A DNA stretch of 64,000 nt from Polyangiaceae bacterium (GCA_050287085.1 JBNKBE010000001.1:32001-96000), one strand, 5' to 3'; shown: positions 27,612 through 39,455, numbered from the stretch's first letter. Notes: generated from the letters alone by a model not told the origin. Program-made: numbers and translations.

Positions 27612-27629
27612 ATGACAAAATCCTGACAG
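27612..27629 (-). promoter_or_regulatory. OmpR/PhoB-type direct repeat (Pho-box-like)
   Basis: Minus strand CTGTCA-GGATT-TTGTCAT, 11-bp period, between the divergent cytochrome c and desaturase genes. Confidence 0.45.
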
Positions 27630-27645
27630 ACGATCGGCTAGTTAC

Positions 27646-28545
27646 ATGGCCATGCATCGCACGCTTTCGTCGGCGCAAACCCGACCCGACCTCGTCAAAA
27701 ACATCCCCTTCATCTTGGTTCACCTAGCGCCGCTAGGCCTGTTCTGGACCGGGGCTAAGCCCATCGATTGGGCGGTCTGCGCTGGGCTCTACGTCCTGCG
27801 CATGTTCTTCATCACTGGGGCCTACCACAGGTACTTCGCTCACCGAAGCTACAAGATGGGTCGCGTGATGCAGTTTCTGATGGCATTCGGCGGCGGCACT
27901 GCTGCCCAGAAGGGTGCGCTCTGGTGGGCCTCCCATCACCGCATGCACCACAAGTTTTCGGATAGTGAGCGCGACGTTCATTCACCCAAGGACGGCCTGC
28001 TATGGTCCCAGGTCGGCTGGATCATGTGCAACGAATACGATGACACCGAGTGGACCTGGATTCGCGACTTCGCGAAATACCCGGAGTTGGTTTGGCTCAA
28101 TAAGCATCACGCCGTCCCTCCGATCCTGCTGGGCGTAGCCACCTACCTGGTTGGTGGCTGGAGCATGCTTCTATGCGGCTTCTTCTTGTCTACGGTGCTG
28201 CTCTATCACGGCACGTTTTCGATCAACTCGGCCATGCACCTATTTGGGAAACGTCGCTACGCGACCAAAGACACGAGCCGCAACACGCTCCTATTCGCCC
28301 TCATCACTCTGGGTGAGGGGTGGCACAACAACCACCACTACTATCAGTCCTCAACCAACCAGGGTTTCTTCTGGTGGGAGATCGACATCACCTACTACGT
28401 CCTCAAGGTGCTCAGTTGGGTGGGTCTGACCTCCGACCTGCGAAAGCCGCCAGCTCACGTTCTGACCAGCAATCTCGTCAAGGACAATCCAGATATCGGC
28501 ATGGGGGAGGCCCCGCTGGGCGTTCCCGAGCCCGCAATGAAGTAG
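27646..28545 (+). CDS. Acyl-CoA (delta-9-like) fatty acid desaturase
   Basis: His boxes HRYFAH, HRMHH, GEGWHNNHH; WWEID. Confidence 0.92.
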   Translation: MAMHRTLSSAQTRPDLVKNIPFILVHLAPLGLFWTGAKPIDWAVCAGLYVLRMFFITGAYHRYFAHRSYKMGRVMQFLMAFGGGTAAQKGALWWASHHRMHHKFSDSERDVHSPKDGLLWSQVGWIMCNEYDDTEWTWIRDFAKYPELVWLNKHHAVPPILLGVATYLVGGWSMLLCGFFLSTVLLYHGTFSINSAMHLFGKRRYATKDTSRNTLLFALITLGEGWHNNHHYYQSSTNQGFFWWEIDITYYVLKVLSWVGLTSDLRKPPAHVLTSNLVKDNPDIGMGEAPLGVPEPAMK

Positions 28546-28546
28546 C

Positions 28547-28563
28547 CTGGGGCCAGGCCCCAG
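28547..28563. terminator. Inverted repeat after the desaturase stop
   Basis: CTGGGGCC-A-GGCCCCAG; weak U-tract. Confidence 0.35.
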
Positions 28564-28612
28564 TTATCGTCTTGGTCCTGCGGAGCCCGCGCGTGCTAGG
28601 CTCCCGCAGCTC

Positions 28613-29971
28613 ATGACAGCGGACGATGAAATCGATGTCTCGGAGCTCGCTGCGGCCCCGCCGGGCCGCACTGAGCTGTCCACACGGCTTGGAGCATCGT
28701 CCGCTGAAGTCACCCGGCTCCGGGTCGCGGTGGTCGAGGGCCCCGACGCAGGACTCAGCGTCGAAAGCACCCACGGCCGCCTGAGTATTGGCACCCACGC
28801 CAGCAACGATCTCACGCTGACGGACCGGAGTGTCTCACGCTTTCATTGTGAGCTGGAGCTCGACCGACAGGGTGCCTGGGTCCGCGATCTGGAGAGCACC
28901 AACGGCACCGAGCTCGACGGGGTCCGCCTGGGCCGAGGCGGAGTGCGCGAGAGCAGCTGGCTGCGCCTGGGCAGAAGCACCCTGCAATTGCACTTCGCTG
29001 AGCCGCTCTCGCTGCCGCTATCTGAATGCTCTAGCTTCGGTAGCCTGGTGGGCAGCTCCCCTGCAATGCGGCGCGTCTTTGCTCTGCTGCAGCGCGCCGC
29101 CGAGAGCGACGCGACTGTGCTCATTCACGGCGAAACAGGCACCGGCAAGGAAGGAGCCGCCGAAGCTATCCACCAACAAGGTGCTCGCTCACGGGCCCCG
29201 TTCGTAGTGGTCGACTGCAGCGCGCTCCCAGCCAACTTGCTGGAGGCTGAGCTATTTGGGCACGAGGCGGGCGCGTACACCGGAGCCCTCAAAAAACGGC
29301 TCGGTGCCTTCCAGCAGGCCAGCGGCGGCACCATCTTCCTTGATGAACTAGGAGAGCTCCCGCTGGAGCTGCAGCCCAAGCTGCTTCGCGTCCTCGAGGA
29401 GCGCAAGGTCCGCCCATTGGGTTCCGATCACTATCGCCCTGTCGACGTACGGGTGCTCGCCGCAACCCACCGCGATTTGCGGCAGCTGGTGAATCAGGGC
29501 AGCTTTCGCGCCGACCTCTACTACCGCCTGGCCGTGGTGCTGGTGACGTTGCCCGCCTTGCGTGAACGCCCAGAAGACATCCCTCTGCTGGCCAAGCATC
29601 TCGCCGAGTCCCTAGTTTCCGATCCCGCCGTGCGAACCAAGGTGCTCGACGACACCTTCTACCGGCGCCTCGAACGGGCAAGCTGGCCAGGCAATGTTCG
29701 CGAGCTTCGAAACTACGTGGAGCGCTGCCTCGTCATGCAGCAGGTGGTGCCGCTGCAGTCACAGAGCGAAACCCCGGCACCAAACAGCAGCCACGATCAC
29801 CTATCGTTTGGGCAGGCAAAGGCATTGGTGGTCGAGGAGTTCGAGCGCAATTACCTGCGACGCCTGCTGGAACGAAGCAACGGTAACCTATCACAGGCTG
29901 CGCGCACGGCCAATCTCGACCGTCCCCATCTATACAAGCTGCTCAACCGCTACGGGCTGCGAAACCGATGA
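28613..29971 (+). CDS. FHA-domain sigma54-dependent enhancer-binding protein
   Basis: FHA (VSRFH, DLESTNGT); Walker A GETGTGKE; ELFGHEAGAYTGA; FLDELGEL; WPGNVREL; Fis-type HTH GNLSQAAR. Confidence 0.95.
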   Translation: MTADDEIDVSELAAAPPGRTELSTRLGASSAEVTRLRVAVVEGPDAGLSVESTHGRLSIGTHASNDLTLTDRSVSRFHCELELDRQGAWVRDLESTNGTELDGVRLGRGGVRESSWLRLGRSTLQLHFAEPLSLPLSECSSFGSLVGSSPAMRRVFALLQRAAESDATVLIHGETGTGKEGAAEAIHQQGARSRAPFVVVDCSALPANLLEAELFGHEAGAYTGALKKRLGAFQQASGGTIFLDELGELPLELQPKLLRVLEERKVRPLGSDHYRPVDVRVLAATHRDLRQLVNQGSFRADLYYRLAVVLVTLPALRERPEDIPLLAKHLAESLVSDPAVRTKVLDDTFYRRLERASWPGNVRELRNYVERCLVMQQVVPLQSQSETPAPNSSHDHLSFGQAKALVVEEFERNYLRRLLERSNGNLSQAARTANLDRPHLYKLLNRYGLRNR

Positions 29972-31044
29972 GTGAGGTGTTGCTGAGCCCGGGCAGCACG
30001 GTGGCTGGCTTTCGAATCGTGCGACCGCTTCATCTGGCCGCGCGTAGCCAGGTGTATCTGGCGCGCCCAGCAGCAGAGGGACCCCTGGCCGCCCTCAAAC
30101 TGCTGGTCGGTCGAGGCGCAAGCGGCTTACCAGAAGAGCAAGACGCCGCGCTCCGGGAGGCCAGTGCGTGCAAAGCCGTCGAAAGTGATCACGTCGCACG
30201 TTTCTTGGCTATGGGTCCGACGCCTTTCGGTCCGTTTATCGCGACCGAGTTTGTTCCTGGCCTTACGCTCGATGAGCTCGTCCGAAGCCTAGCTCGACGG
30301 GGACGTGGACTTCGCTTGGCAGACGCCCTGACTGTGATCCGAGGCATGGCGCTGGGACTGTCAGCCGCTCACTCAGCGCCCAACGCCGACGGCGGGATCG
30401 GGATCGTGCATCGGGATCTATCGCCACACAACGTGATGCTTGGCCCCGAGGGCGAGGTCAAGCTCATCGACTTTGGACTCGCCAAGGTTCGCTCGAGCGC
30501 CAGTCGCAGCACCTCTCCGGGCACGGTGAAGGGAAGCTTGCGTTACCTCGCTCCGGAGCAGTGTACGAACGCAGCCCTCAGCCCCGCCACCGATCTATTC
30601 GCGCTCGGAATCATCCTCTTCGAATTGTCGACGGGAACGCGGTGGATGCGCGAGCGCGACGATATGCGCGCCCTTGAGCTCATGGTCGCAGGCGAACGAC
30701 CGCTCCCTTCGCAGCGGCGGGCCCCTTACCCCGAGTCCCTGGAAAAAGTTGTGTTGCAGCTGCTGGACGCGTCCCCCCGACGTCGCCTCGGTCCAGCTTC
30801 GAAGCTTGTCGAAACGCTCGAGTCGTTGGCTAGCGCGGAGGGCCTGCCGCTGTCGCCCGCGGCGCTAGGACAACTCGTGACACGCCATCTACCGCCCCCG
30901 ACCGCCAACGCGGAGCTAGCCGAACAGGCACGTCCGAAAGAGCCCCTCCCCGCAGCTCCAGCCGAAGCGTCTTCCGGCGCGACCGAACGACTTCCCTCGG
31001 AACGGCACCCCCCGGGATGGCGGCGCTCGGGATGGCGACACTGA
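29968..31044 (+). CDS. Cytoplasmic Hanks-type Ser/Thr protein kinase
   Basis: AALK, HRDLSPHN, DFGLAK, YLAPEQ, DLFALG; ATGA overlap with the activator; Gly-loop degenerate. Confidence 0.9.
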   Translation: MSEVLLSPGSTVAGFRIVRPLHLAARSQVYLARPAAEGPLAALKLLVGRGASGLPEEQDAALREASACKAVESDHVARFLAMGPTPFGPFIATEFVPGLTLDELVRSLARRGRGLRLADALTVIRGMALGLSAAHSAPNADGGIGIVHRDLSPHNVMLGPEGEVKLIDFGLAKVRSSASRSTSPGTVKGSLRYLAPEQCTNAALSPATDLFALGIILFELSTGTRWMRERDDMRALELMVAGERPLPSQRRAPYPESLEKVVLQLLDASPRRRLGPASKLVETLESLASAEGLPLSPAALGQLVTRHLPPPTANAELAEQARPKEPLPAAPAEASSGATERLPSERHPPGWRRSGWRH

Positions 31045-31081
31045 GCGCGTCCCGAGTCGCCTATTCTCCCGCTGGGATGCC

Positions 31082-31312
31082 TTAGCGACGGCGAAGCGGC
31101 CGCACCGGAATCGGCGTCATCACCGGACGCCCCAGCAGGGGCAGCCCAGGAGTGCCGGAACGCAGCAATGGCACCGCAGGTGACCCCATGAACGCTGCGA
31201 CGAAACACCGCTCGACCATATTCATGAAGGGGCCGAAGCAGTTCAGTATGGGACGCAGGACGCCGCCAGCCGACTCCTGTTTCCCGCCGAGTTCGTCAAA
31301 GTTGCCGCGCAT
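31082..31312 (-). CDS. Putative small protein (76 aa), or sRNA
   Basis: ORF with GC-rich third positions directly downstream of a sigma54 motif; ends TPIPVRPLRRR. Confidence 0.45.
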   Translation of the reverse strand: MRGNFDELGGKQESAGGVLRPILNCFGPFMNMVERCFVAAFMGSPAVPLLRSGTPGLPLLGRPVMTPIPVRPLRRR

Positions 31313-31324
31313 GCGTAATTGTCA

Positions 31325-31340
31325 AGCATAAACCGTACCA
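31325..31340 (-). promoter_or_regulatory. Sigma54 (-24/-12) promoter
   Basis: Minus strand TGGTACG-GTTT-ATGCT with correct GG-N10-GC spacing. Confidence 0.55.
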
Positions 31341-31402
31341 TCCGCCCGTTGACCACCGGCAAAGCCCAAATCTGGACTTTCTTCGCCGACTGTGCTCGGG
31401 AA

Positions 31403-31422
31403 GTGTGACATCCCTGTCGCAC
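31403..31422. promoter_or_regulatory. Palindrome, candidate enhancer (UAS) for a sigma54 activator
   Basis: GTGTGACA-TCCC-TGTCGCAC, about 90-110 bp upstream of the predicted start site; could instead be the terminator of the FGE gene. Confidence 0.4.
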
Positions 31423-31427
31423 CCTCG

Positions 31428-32642
31428 TCAGTGTTTGCCACGCGACTCCCCTTCGGAGCGCGGTTCGAGTTTCACATCGTGGGCGTTGGGCCCCAGAAGG
31501 GACCCGCACATTGTCTTGCACAGGACCTCGTCGTCGCCGCACTTGCACCGCCCCGCCGCCTTCTGCTCCAGCTTCTCGCGCATGGCCTCCTGCGAGAAGC
31601 GAGCGAGCCGTTCAACCCGAGAGAAGTCCCAGCCGCGAGTGATCTGCTTGGGCGTGCGAGGATCCGTCGGCGCGGCATCAGGCTCAGCGCAACAGCGGAA
31701 GCCTAGGTAGTAGTAGTAGAAGCCCTCGTCGTGGGTGTAGATCTTCGGCCGACATTGGTTGCGCACTCCCTTATACCAGGGCCCGCCGGTGGTGACGCTG
31801 TCGTACTTGGCGCGAGATGCAGGGGCTGTTGTCTCACTGGCCGCTACCTCATCGTTGTTGCCCGGCAGGTCATGCACCCCGTACTCGCTCACGCACTCCG
31901 GCTGTTGCCCACTGCGAACGCCTTGCCATAGGCGCGCCAGTTCCGTGGGATCGCGCCTGGCAATCTTGTTCATGTTGGGGCTGTCCCACTCGCGATCCCC
32001 GTTGCACTTGCCCGGATCGCGCACGAATCCGTAGGGAAATGGGAGCAGCCGCGGCCCCTCACAGCTCATCGTCCACTCGCTCTCGGTGCAGAGGCGCTTT
32101 CCGACTGCGGCACATTTGACCTGCGCCTGATAGAAGTTATTCATCACCTCGGGACGTTCTCCCGCAAGGTTTGGCCACGCAAAGCGGTCCACGCAAAAAC
32201 GCTTCGGTACGCGCTTGCCGACGCACTCTGCCTCGGGGGCAAATTCCTCGCAAACCTCCTTCTTATTCGCAGGAGCATACCAATGCTTGACGCAGCGGTG
32301 TTCAACTTGGGTGCAGTAGTCACCCTCGACCAGCACCATCTCCTCCGGACAGGCCGAGGGCTTGCCGGGAGCCCCGTTTTCGATACTCGTGGCAGACGAC
32401 TCTGACGCCGCAGCGGCCCCCCCGGAGCCCAGCGGGGGTGACACGTCCGTCCCCGACAGCGATGAACCGCCGTCGTGAACCCGCGACGCCGCACGGAGCG
32501 GAAGGGAACTGGCCGCCGACTCCGCGCTCATGGGGGGCGCGGCGACCGTCCCATCTGCAGCGCCGACAGGCTCAGGGGTCCGATGCGCGCAGGCGCAGAC
32601 CGAGGCAGCCAGGACCCACTTGAAAAAAAGGCGCTCCTTCAT
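31428..32642 (-). CDS. Formylglycine-generating enzyme (SUMF1/FGE-sulfatase) domain lipoprotein, Cys-rich
   Basis: [47 protein letters not shown]; lipobox VCAC. Confidence 0.85.
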   Translation of the reverse strand: MKERLFFKWVLAASVCACAHRTPEPVGAADGTVAAPPMSAESAASSLPLRAASRVHDGGSSLSGTDVSPPLGSGGAAAASESSATSIENGAPGKPSACPEEMVLVEGDYCTQVEHRCVKHWYAPANKKEVCEEFAPEAECVGKRVPKRFCVDRFAWPNLAGERPEVMNNFYQAQVKCAAVGKRLCTESEWTMSCEGPRLLPFPYGFVRDPGKCNGDREWDSPNMNKIARRDPTELARLWQGVRSGQQPECVSEYGVHDLPGNNDEVAASETTAPASRAKYDSVTTGGPWYKGVRNQCRPKIYTHDEGFYYYYLGFRCCAEPDAAPTDPRTPKQITRGWDFSRVERLARFSQEAMREKLEQKAAGRCKCGDDEVLCKTMCGSLLGPNAHDVKLEPRSEGESRGKH

Positions 32643-32761
32643 GCTCACGGTGTAGCGAGTACTCGAACGGCCGTCGAGACCACAAGCGGAGGCCGGACCC
32701 CATGGGCCAAGCCAGATCCAGACTGGCGAACCCACGGCTGAGGTGCCAGTATCGCCGCCCC

Positions 32762-34804
<2,043 letters not shown>

Positions 34805-34862
34805 CGCAGTCGGAGCGCTTGTCCCCTCGCAATCCGATGCCGCCGGCGACGGACCGGGGGGC

Positions 34863-35819
34863 TTACACCTGCCGAGTTTCTTCCCCCGCCACCAACGACA
34901 GTGGCGTGCTTCCGTGATTTCCGAAACGAACGACCAGCTCCACGCGGGAGCGCACATCCAACTTGCGATATATCGCCTTGAGATGATTGCGAACCGTATG
35001 CGGACTGATGAACAACTGCCGAGCGACGGCTGGAACCTCTCCACCCGTCAATACCCGGACCAAGACCTCGAACTCCCTCCGCGTCAGATGCTTGACCTGC
35101 GGATGAAAGCGCGCGAATGCGCCTTGCTGCGCTGACGTGGCCCTTGCCCCTGGGGTCGGCGTCATATGACCTTCAGACATAGGCGCACCCGAAAGGGCCT
35201 GCCCGCTTAGGGCAGCTCCTGGCCCCCATGGAACAGGGCTTGAATCCGCATGCCGTGCGCTTGGAAATGCTGCGCCAACAAGCGCGGCGCTCGTTCCCAC
35301 GCTCCCGGCGGGCTTCGATCCGACGCGGCCGGCGGCCATCGCTTCACTCGACATCGTGCCGCCGGAGACTGCTGCATGATACGAAGCAAGAGGCCGGAGT
35401 GCGTGCACATCGGTCGTTCGCTGCTCTCGCTCATCAACGGCGACGCGAACCTCTTCCAGTAATTCGTAAAGTCCGAAGGGTTTAACCAGGTAAGCTGCAA
35501 TCCGCAACTTGACCGATGAAATGGCGGATTCGAGCGTCGGGAATCCGGTCATCAGAATAACCGCTGGCGGGTGGCCCAGTGCTTGCGACTTGCGTACGAG
35601 CTGCAACTCGGCGTTGCCCCGCAAGCGAATGTCTGCGACGAGGACATCGACGAAGCCCGTTTCCAGCTCTCGCCGCGCCTCCTCATCAGACGTCGCGCAG
35701 GTTACGTCGTAGCCTGCATGGCGAAGCCCCTCGGCCAATTCCGACATGAACGACAGCTGCTCATCGGCGAGCAGGACTCGGTAGCGCCGACTCGGCCACT
35801 CGTTGAATGTCAATGTCAT
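34863..35819 (-). CDS. Response regulator with LuxR-type HTH and long linker
   Basis: VLLADE, VLVADIRL, ILMTG.P, YLVKP; LTRREFEVL..ISPHTVRNHLKAIYRKL; start uncertain. Confidence 0.9.
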   Translation of the reverse strand: MTLTFNEWPSRRYRVLLADEQLSFMSELAEGLRHAGYDVTCATSDEEARRELETGFVDVLVADIRLRGNAELQLVRKSQALGHPPAVILMTGFPTLESAISSVKLRIAAYLVKPFGLYELLEEVRVAVDEREQRTTDVHALRPLASYHAAVSGGTMSSEAMAAGRVGSKPAGSVGTSAALVGAAFPSARHADSSPVPWGPGAALSGQALSGAPMSEGHMTPTPGARATSAQQGAFARFHPQVKHLTRREFEVLVRVLTGGEVPAVARQLFISPHTVRNHLKAIYRKLDVRSRVELVVRFGNHGSTPLSLVAGEETRQV

Positions 35820-36264
35820 CGCTCCAAATCTCCGGGTCGAGCTGCGAGCCATTGCGGGCCCGCTTCGATAGCCTTCCGGGATCCCCAAAAGCACGCTAGC
35901 TTCGAGGCATTCGTCGACGGGCACTCCATGCGAGCACTCCACCCACGCTCCCCCACCTCCGGTGAACCACTCGCCTCGAATGAACTCCCCGTCGCATGGG
36001 CGACCCTTCGCCTTGGTCGAAACCCAGTGGGCCCCGGCCACGCCCGACTTGGGACTCCTTCTCCCTCCCGGACCCGCTGACGGTGCCAGAATGCCGGCTG
36101 GTTTTCAACCGCCCAGCGCCAGCACCAGCCGCGAGGGCCCACGCGTTCCGTTGTGGGATCCAGTCTCGCTCCGAGCAGAATACCTGGCCGCACGACCCGC
36201 GGACAGAAACCTCAGCGACCGAACGTTCCAATCATAACGTCACGCTCGCTCCGAACGGAATCGA

Positions 36265-37311
36265 TCAGGTTGCGGCCTGCGGCCGCCGCAGTGCCGCAAA
36301 GGCTGCGCTGAGTCGTCCGTCATCACCGGCCAGTGACGTACACTCCGCCACGAGCTCAAGTACGCGACCGCGCGGCAACTTCACCCTCTCCCCGGCTACC
36401 AAGAGCTTGCCTGACGTGCGACACGCCTCCAAGGTGCAGACGGCGAGCCAAAGCGGAATCAGAAGAAAGCTCCTAACGGCGGTATGCCGCGCGGGAATTG
36501 CGAGACAGTACTCAAACGCGGCGTCCAGGTGTGCTTGTGCAGCCTCAAATAGAGGCATGAGCGCACGCCGTGCCGCCTCTTCACGACGCGGGCTGAGCAG
36601 CTCTCCGGGACCGAGTCCTTGCTCGCTCAGCAAGGTGCGCGGAATGAACGAGTGCTTGCGCGCCAGGTCCTCTCCAATGTCGCGCAGAATGTTGACCAGC
36701 TGAAGCCCCGCTCCAAAGCGCTCGGCCTGCTTGTGCAACACGCGCTCGCGCTCTGCTTCGAGCGGTCCCAACACTTCCACGAAGATGGCTGTGAGCAAAC
36801 GCCCTATCGTTCCCGCTACAAAGTAGCAATACCGTTCGAGATCGGACAAGCCGAGCAGACATACGATCCCGTCTCTTCCCGGTGTGCGTTGCGAGTACAA
36901 GGCCATTCCGCGAGTGAGCTCCGCGACCCAAAGCCGACACTCGCGTTGAAGCGCAGGGGGCACAGTCGCCAAACACGCCAACACGCGTCCCAGCTGCAGC
37001 ATCAGAGAGTAGTCCTCATGTGCAAGCGCGGCATCTTCGACCAGCGGGGCAGCTCGCAGCTCTACCACGAAATGCGTGAGGGACGAATCCGCCTGCGGCT
37101 CAGCGAGCACGTCCAGTAGCGCCCGGTAGAGCCGGTCCTTTTCTGGCGGAGCCCAAGCCTCAGTATCCTCGATGCAGTCAGCGACCCGGCACAGGAGATA
37201 GGCACACGTAACGGCGCGTTCGATTGGCTCTGGAAGGAGTGCAATCGGAATCGCAAACGTCCGCGAGTGCGCCCGAAGCGCCTGCTGACAGAATGACCAG
37301 TCAGAAGTCAC
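36265..37311 (-). CDS. Squalene/phytoene synthase, squalene synthase (FDFT1-like) type
   Basis: SRTF, YLLCRVADCIED, YCYFVAGTIG, GLQLVNILRD..ED, FLLIPLWLAVCTL. Confidence 0.88.
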   Translation of the reverse strand: MTSDWSFCQQALRAHSRTFAIPIALLPEPIERAVTCAYLLCRVADCIEDTEAWAPPEKDRLYRALLDVLAEPQADSSLTHFVVELRAAPLVEDAALAHEDYSLMLQLGRVLACLATVPPALQRECRLWVAELTRGMALYSQRTPGRDGIVCLLGLSDLERYCYFVAGTIGRLLTAIFVEVLGPLEAERERVLHKQAERFGAGLQLVNILRDIGEDLARKHSFIPRTLLSEQGLGPGELLSPRREEAARRALMPLFEAAQAHLDAAFEYCLAIPARHTAVRSFLLIPLWLAVCTLEACRTSGKLLVAGERVKLPRGRVLELVAECTSLAGDDGRLSAAFAALRRPQAAT

Positions 37312-37739
37312 GGCGCAGCTATACACCCGCAACGCACGGACCCCTAATGCAGCCCGCGCAAGCAGACGTCTGGACGACCGTTCGGGTTTCTGTGCCAGCG
37401 AGGAGCGCCCTGCATGAACGGTCCCAGGTCCACGAAGCGCACTCTTTCCCGTTCACCCTGCGCGACCTATGGTTCCCGCCCTGGCACACGCTCCGCCCAA
37501 GCGCCCCAATCAACGCCCCCAGATCCCGTATTGGCGGAGAATTCCCGGATTGTACCCCATTCCAGGGTCTCCGCTGGCAGAGGGCTCCCGCGGGGCCGTT
37601 CGCCTCGGTATCGTTCGGCCTCGTCTCCGTACCCCGTCGTTGGACTCGAGCCGGCCGACGTGAAACTCTTCGCTCCGACCGATTCGTGGTTGCGAACCAA
37701 GACCGCGTCGGCGCAGGGTACCTCCGTGGTGCTTTTGCC

Positions 37740-39455
37740 TTGAAACCTCGCACTCCAAGCATCGGCTTCATCGTCAACGACTTGGCGGGCGACTACCAGC
37801 GCCGGATCCTCGACGGACTTCTGGCCGCTGCCGAAGAGCGGGGAGTGCGCATCGTATCCCTCGTCGGCGGCCCATTCGGAGCTCGAGACGGAGCGGCTCA
37901 CCAGGCACAACTGTACAGCTGCGTCAGCCAAGAACAACTCGACGGTCTTGTCCTGGTCACAGGGGTGCTGAGTGGCCAAGTCCGCCCAACGGCTCTCGCC
38001 GGATTCGTTGCCGGCTTTGGTCCGTTGCCGCTCTGCAGTGTGGGCGTGGCTCTGCCAGCATTTCCGAGCATCACCGTGGACAATGCGGCTGGCGGGCGCC
38101 TGGCGTTCCGCCACCTCGTCGAACGCGGCCGGCGCCGCATTGCCTTTTTGCGAGGCCCCAAGAACAATCCCGAGGCGGAGGCACGTTTTGAGGTCTACAA
38201 GCGCATGCTGGTGGAAAGCCACCTGCCCCTCGACCTGGACCTGGTAACCGAGGGGGAATTTGACGCGGCGTCAGGTCGGCGAGCCATCGCGACGTTACTC
38301 GACGAGCGACACGCCGCTTTTGACGCGGTTATGGGTGCCAACGATCTGCTTGCGCTAGGCGCCATGAACGCGCTGCTCGAACGCAACGTCGCGATCCCCC
38401 AACGGGTGAGCATCATCGGTTTCGACGATATCGAGGCGGCTCGCTTTGCTACGGCGCCCCTGACAACGGTGCGTCAACCGCTGGCCGCCATGGGGCGAGC
38501 CGCACTGGAAAGCGTTCTGCAGCAGTTGTCCACGCCCGGCGTTGTCTCCAATCAGACCCTCCCGGCGGAGTTGGTTGTGCGCGAGTCGACCGCCCACCCG
38601 CTGACTGAGAGCTGGGCCCCCCCACCCCACACGCCAACAGAGCATTCCTCCGGCGCCCTGGCCATAGCTCTGCGGCAGGACGTCGCCGAGTTGTCGGCCC
38701 AAGTACACCAACAGAGCGGCTCCCCGTTGGCCTTCAGTCGCCGCCTGTGCGAGACATTCATTCACGAGCTGGTACGGGAACGGCGCGGTATTCTTCCGCA
38801 GCAGAGCTTTCAGCAGCTGCTCGAACAAGAACTGCGCCACGCACTCGAGACGGACGGCGATGGCACCCGACTGCAACTGGAGCTCTCGGCTCTCCGCTGT
38901 GTGATCGGACCACGCCTGGAAGACTTCCCCGCGGAACTGAGCAAAGCCGAAAACATCTGGCACGAAGCCCGCACCCGCTGCAGCGCACTCGCCCAACGCT
39001 ACCACGTACAAAGGCGCTTGCAGTCTGAGTTCTGGTTTCACTCGATGCAGGAAGGCGGAGCTCGCCTGCTGCGATGCCACTCCTGGTCGTCGTTGGTCGA
39101 CACGGCGGCGCGAGAGCTGCCGGATCTCGGGATCACGACGTGCTACCTGTGTACGACCAACGATGGCAACGCCAACTGCCTCCGTTTTGCGATGGAGAAA
39201 GGAACCGTCTTGGACGTTTCCGGAATTGAGCCATTCCCTGCCGAATGGCTGTTGCCTGCTTCGCTTGCGAGCGGCGCCACACGCTTGATCGCCTACTCGC
39301 TATACGACGAGAGCTGTGCGTTCGGTCACGTTGTGTTCGCGTTGGAACAGCTTGATACGTCGGGTTATGAGCTGCTCCGGGACTACCTGACCGGGGCCGT
39401 TCGTGGATTGCTCGATAGAGACCCCCCAATGAATACCGGGAAAGCGCCTCGGTGA
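37740..39455 (+). CDS. LacI-type sugar-binding domain protein lacking HTH and output domain
   Basis: DNAAGG, HL..GRRRIAFLRGP, ANDLLALGA, SIIGFDD, PLTTVRQP, LVVREST, followed by a helical region; start uncertain. Confidence 0.85.
   Translation: MKPRTPSIGFIVNDLAGDYQRRILDGLLAAAEERGVRIVSLVGGPFGARDGAAHQAQLYSCVSQEQLDGLVLVTGVLSGQVRPTALAGFVAGFGPLPLCSVGVALPAFPSITVDNAAGGRLAFRHLVERGRRRIAFLRGPKNNPEAEARFEVYKRMLVESHLPLDLDLVTEGEFDAASGRRAIATLLDERHAAFDAVMGANDLLALGAMNALLERNVAIPQRVSIIGFDDIEAARFATAPLTTVRQPLAAMGRAALESVLQQLSTPGVVSNQTLPAELVVRESTAHPLTESWAPPPHTPTEHSSGALAIALRQDVAELSAQVHQQSGSPLAFSRRLCETFIHELVRERRGILPQQSFQQLLEQELRHALETDGDGTRLQLELSALRCVIGPRLEDFPAELSKAENIWHEARTRCSALAQRYHVQRRLQSEFWFHSMQEGGARLLRCHSWSSLVDTAARELPDLGITTCYLCTTNDGNANCLRFAMEKGTVLDVSGIEPFPAEWLLPASLASGATRLIAYSLYDESCAFGHVVFALEQLDTSGYELLRDYLTGAVRGLLDRDPPMNTGKAPR

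Noticed and set aside
31045..31260. Possible 6S RNA (terminal GCGTCCC/GGGACGC pairing, about 210 nt)
   Set aside because: No continuous rod with a central bubble evident, and no typical zapA/ygfA context; kept only as a generic small ORF/sRNA candidate.
35816..36231. Small ORFs upstream of the response regulator
   Set aside because: Several overlapping Arg/Gly-rich frames with no motif; none can be supported.
37482..37497. Sigma54-like TGGCACACGCTCCGCC upstream of the LacI-type gene
   Set aside because: The -12 element is poor (CCGC), and such matches are common at this GC content.
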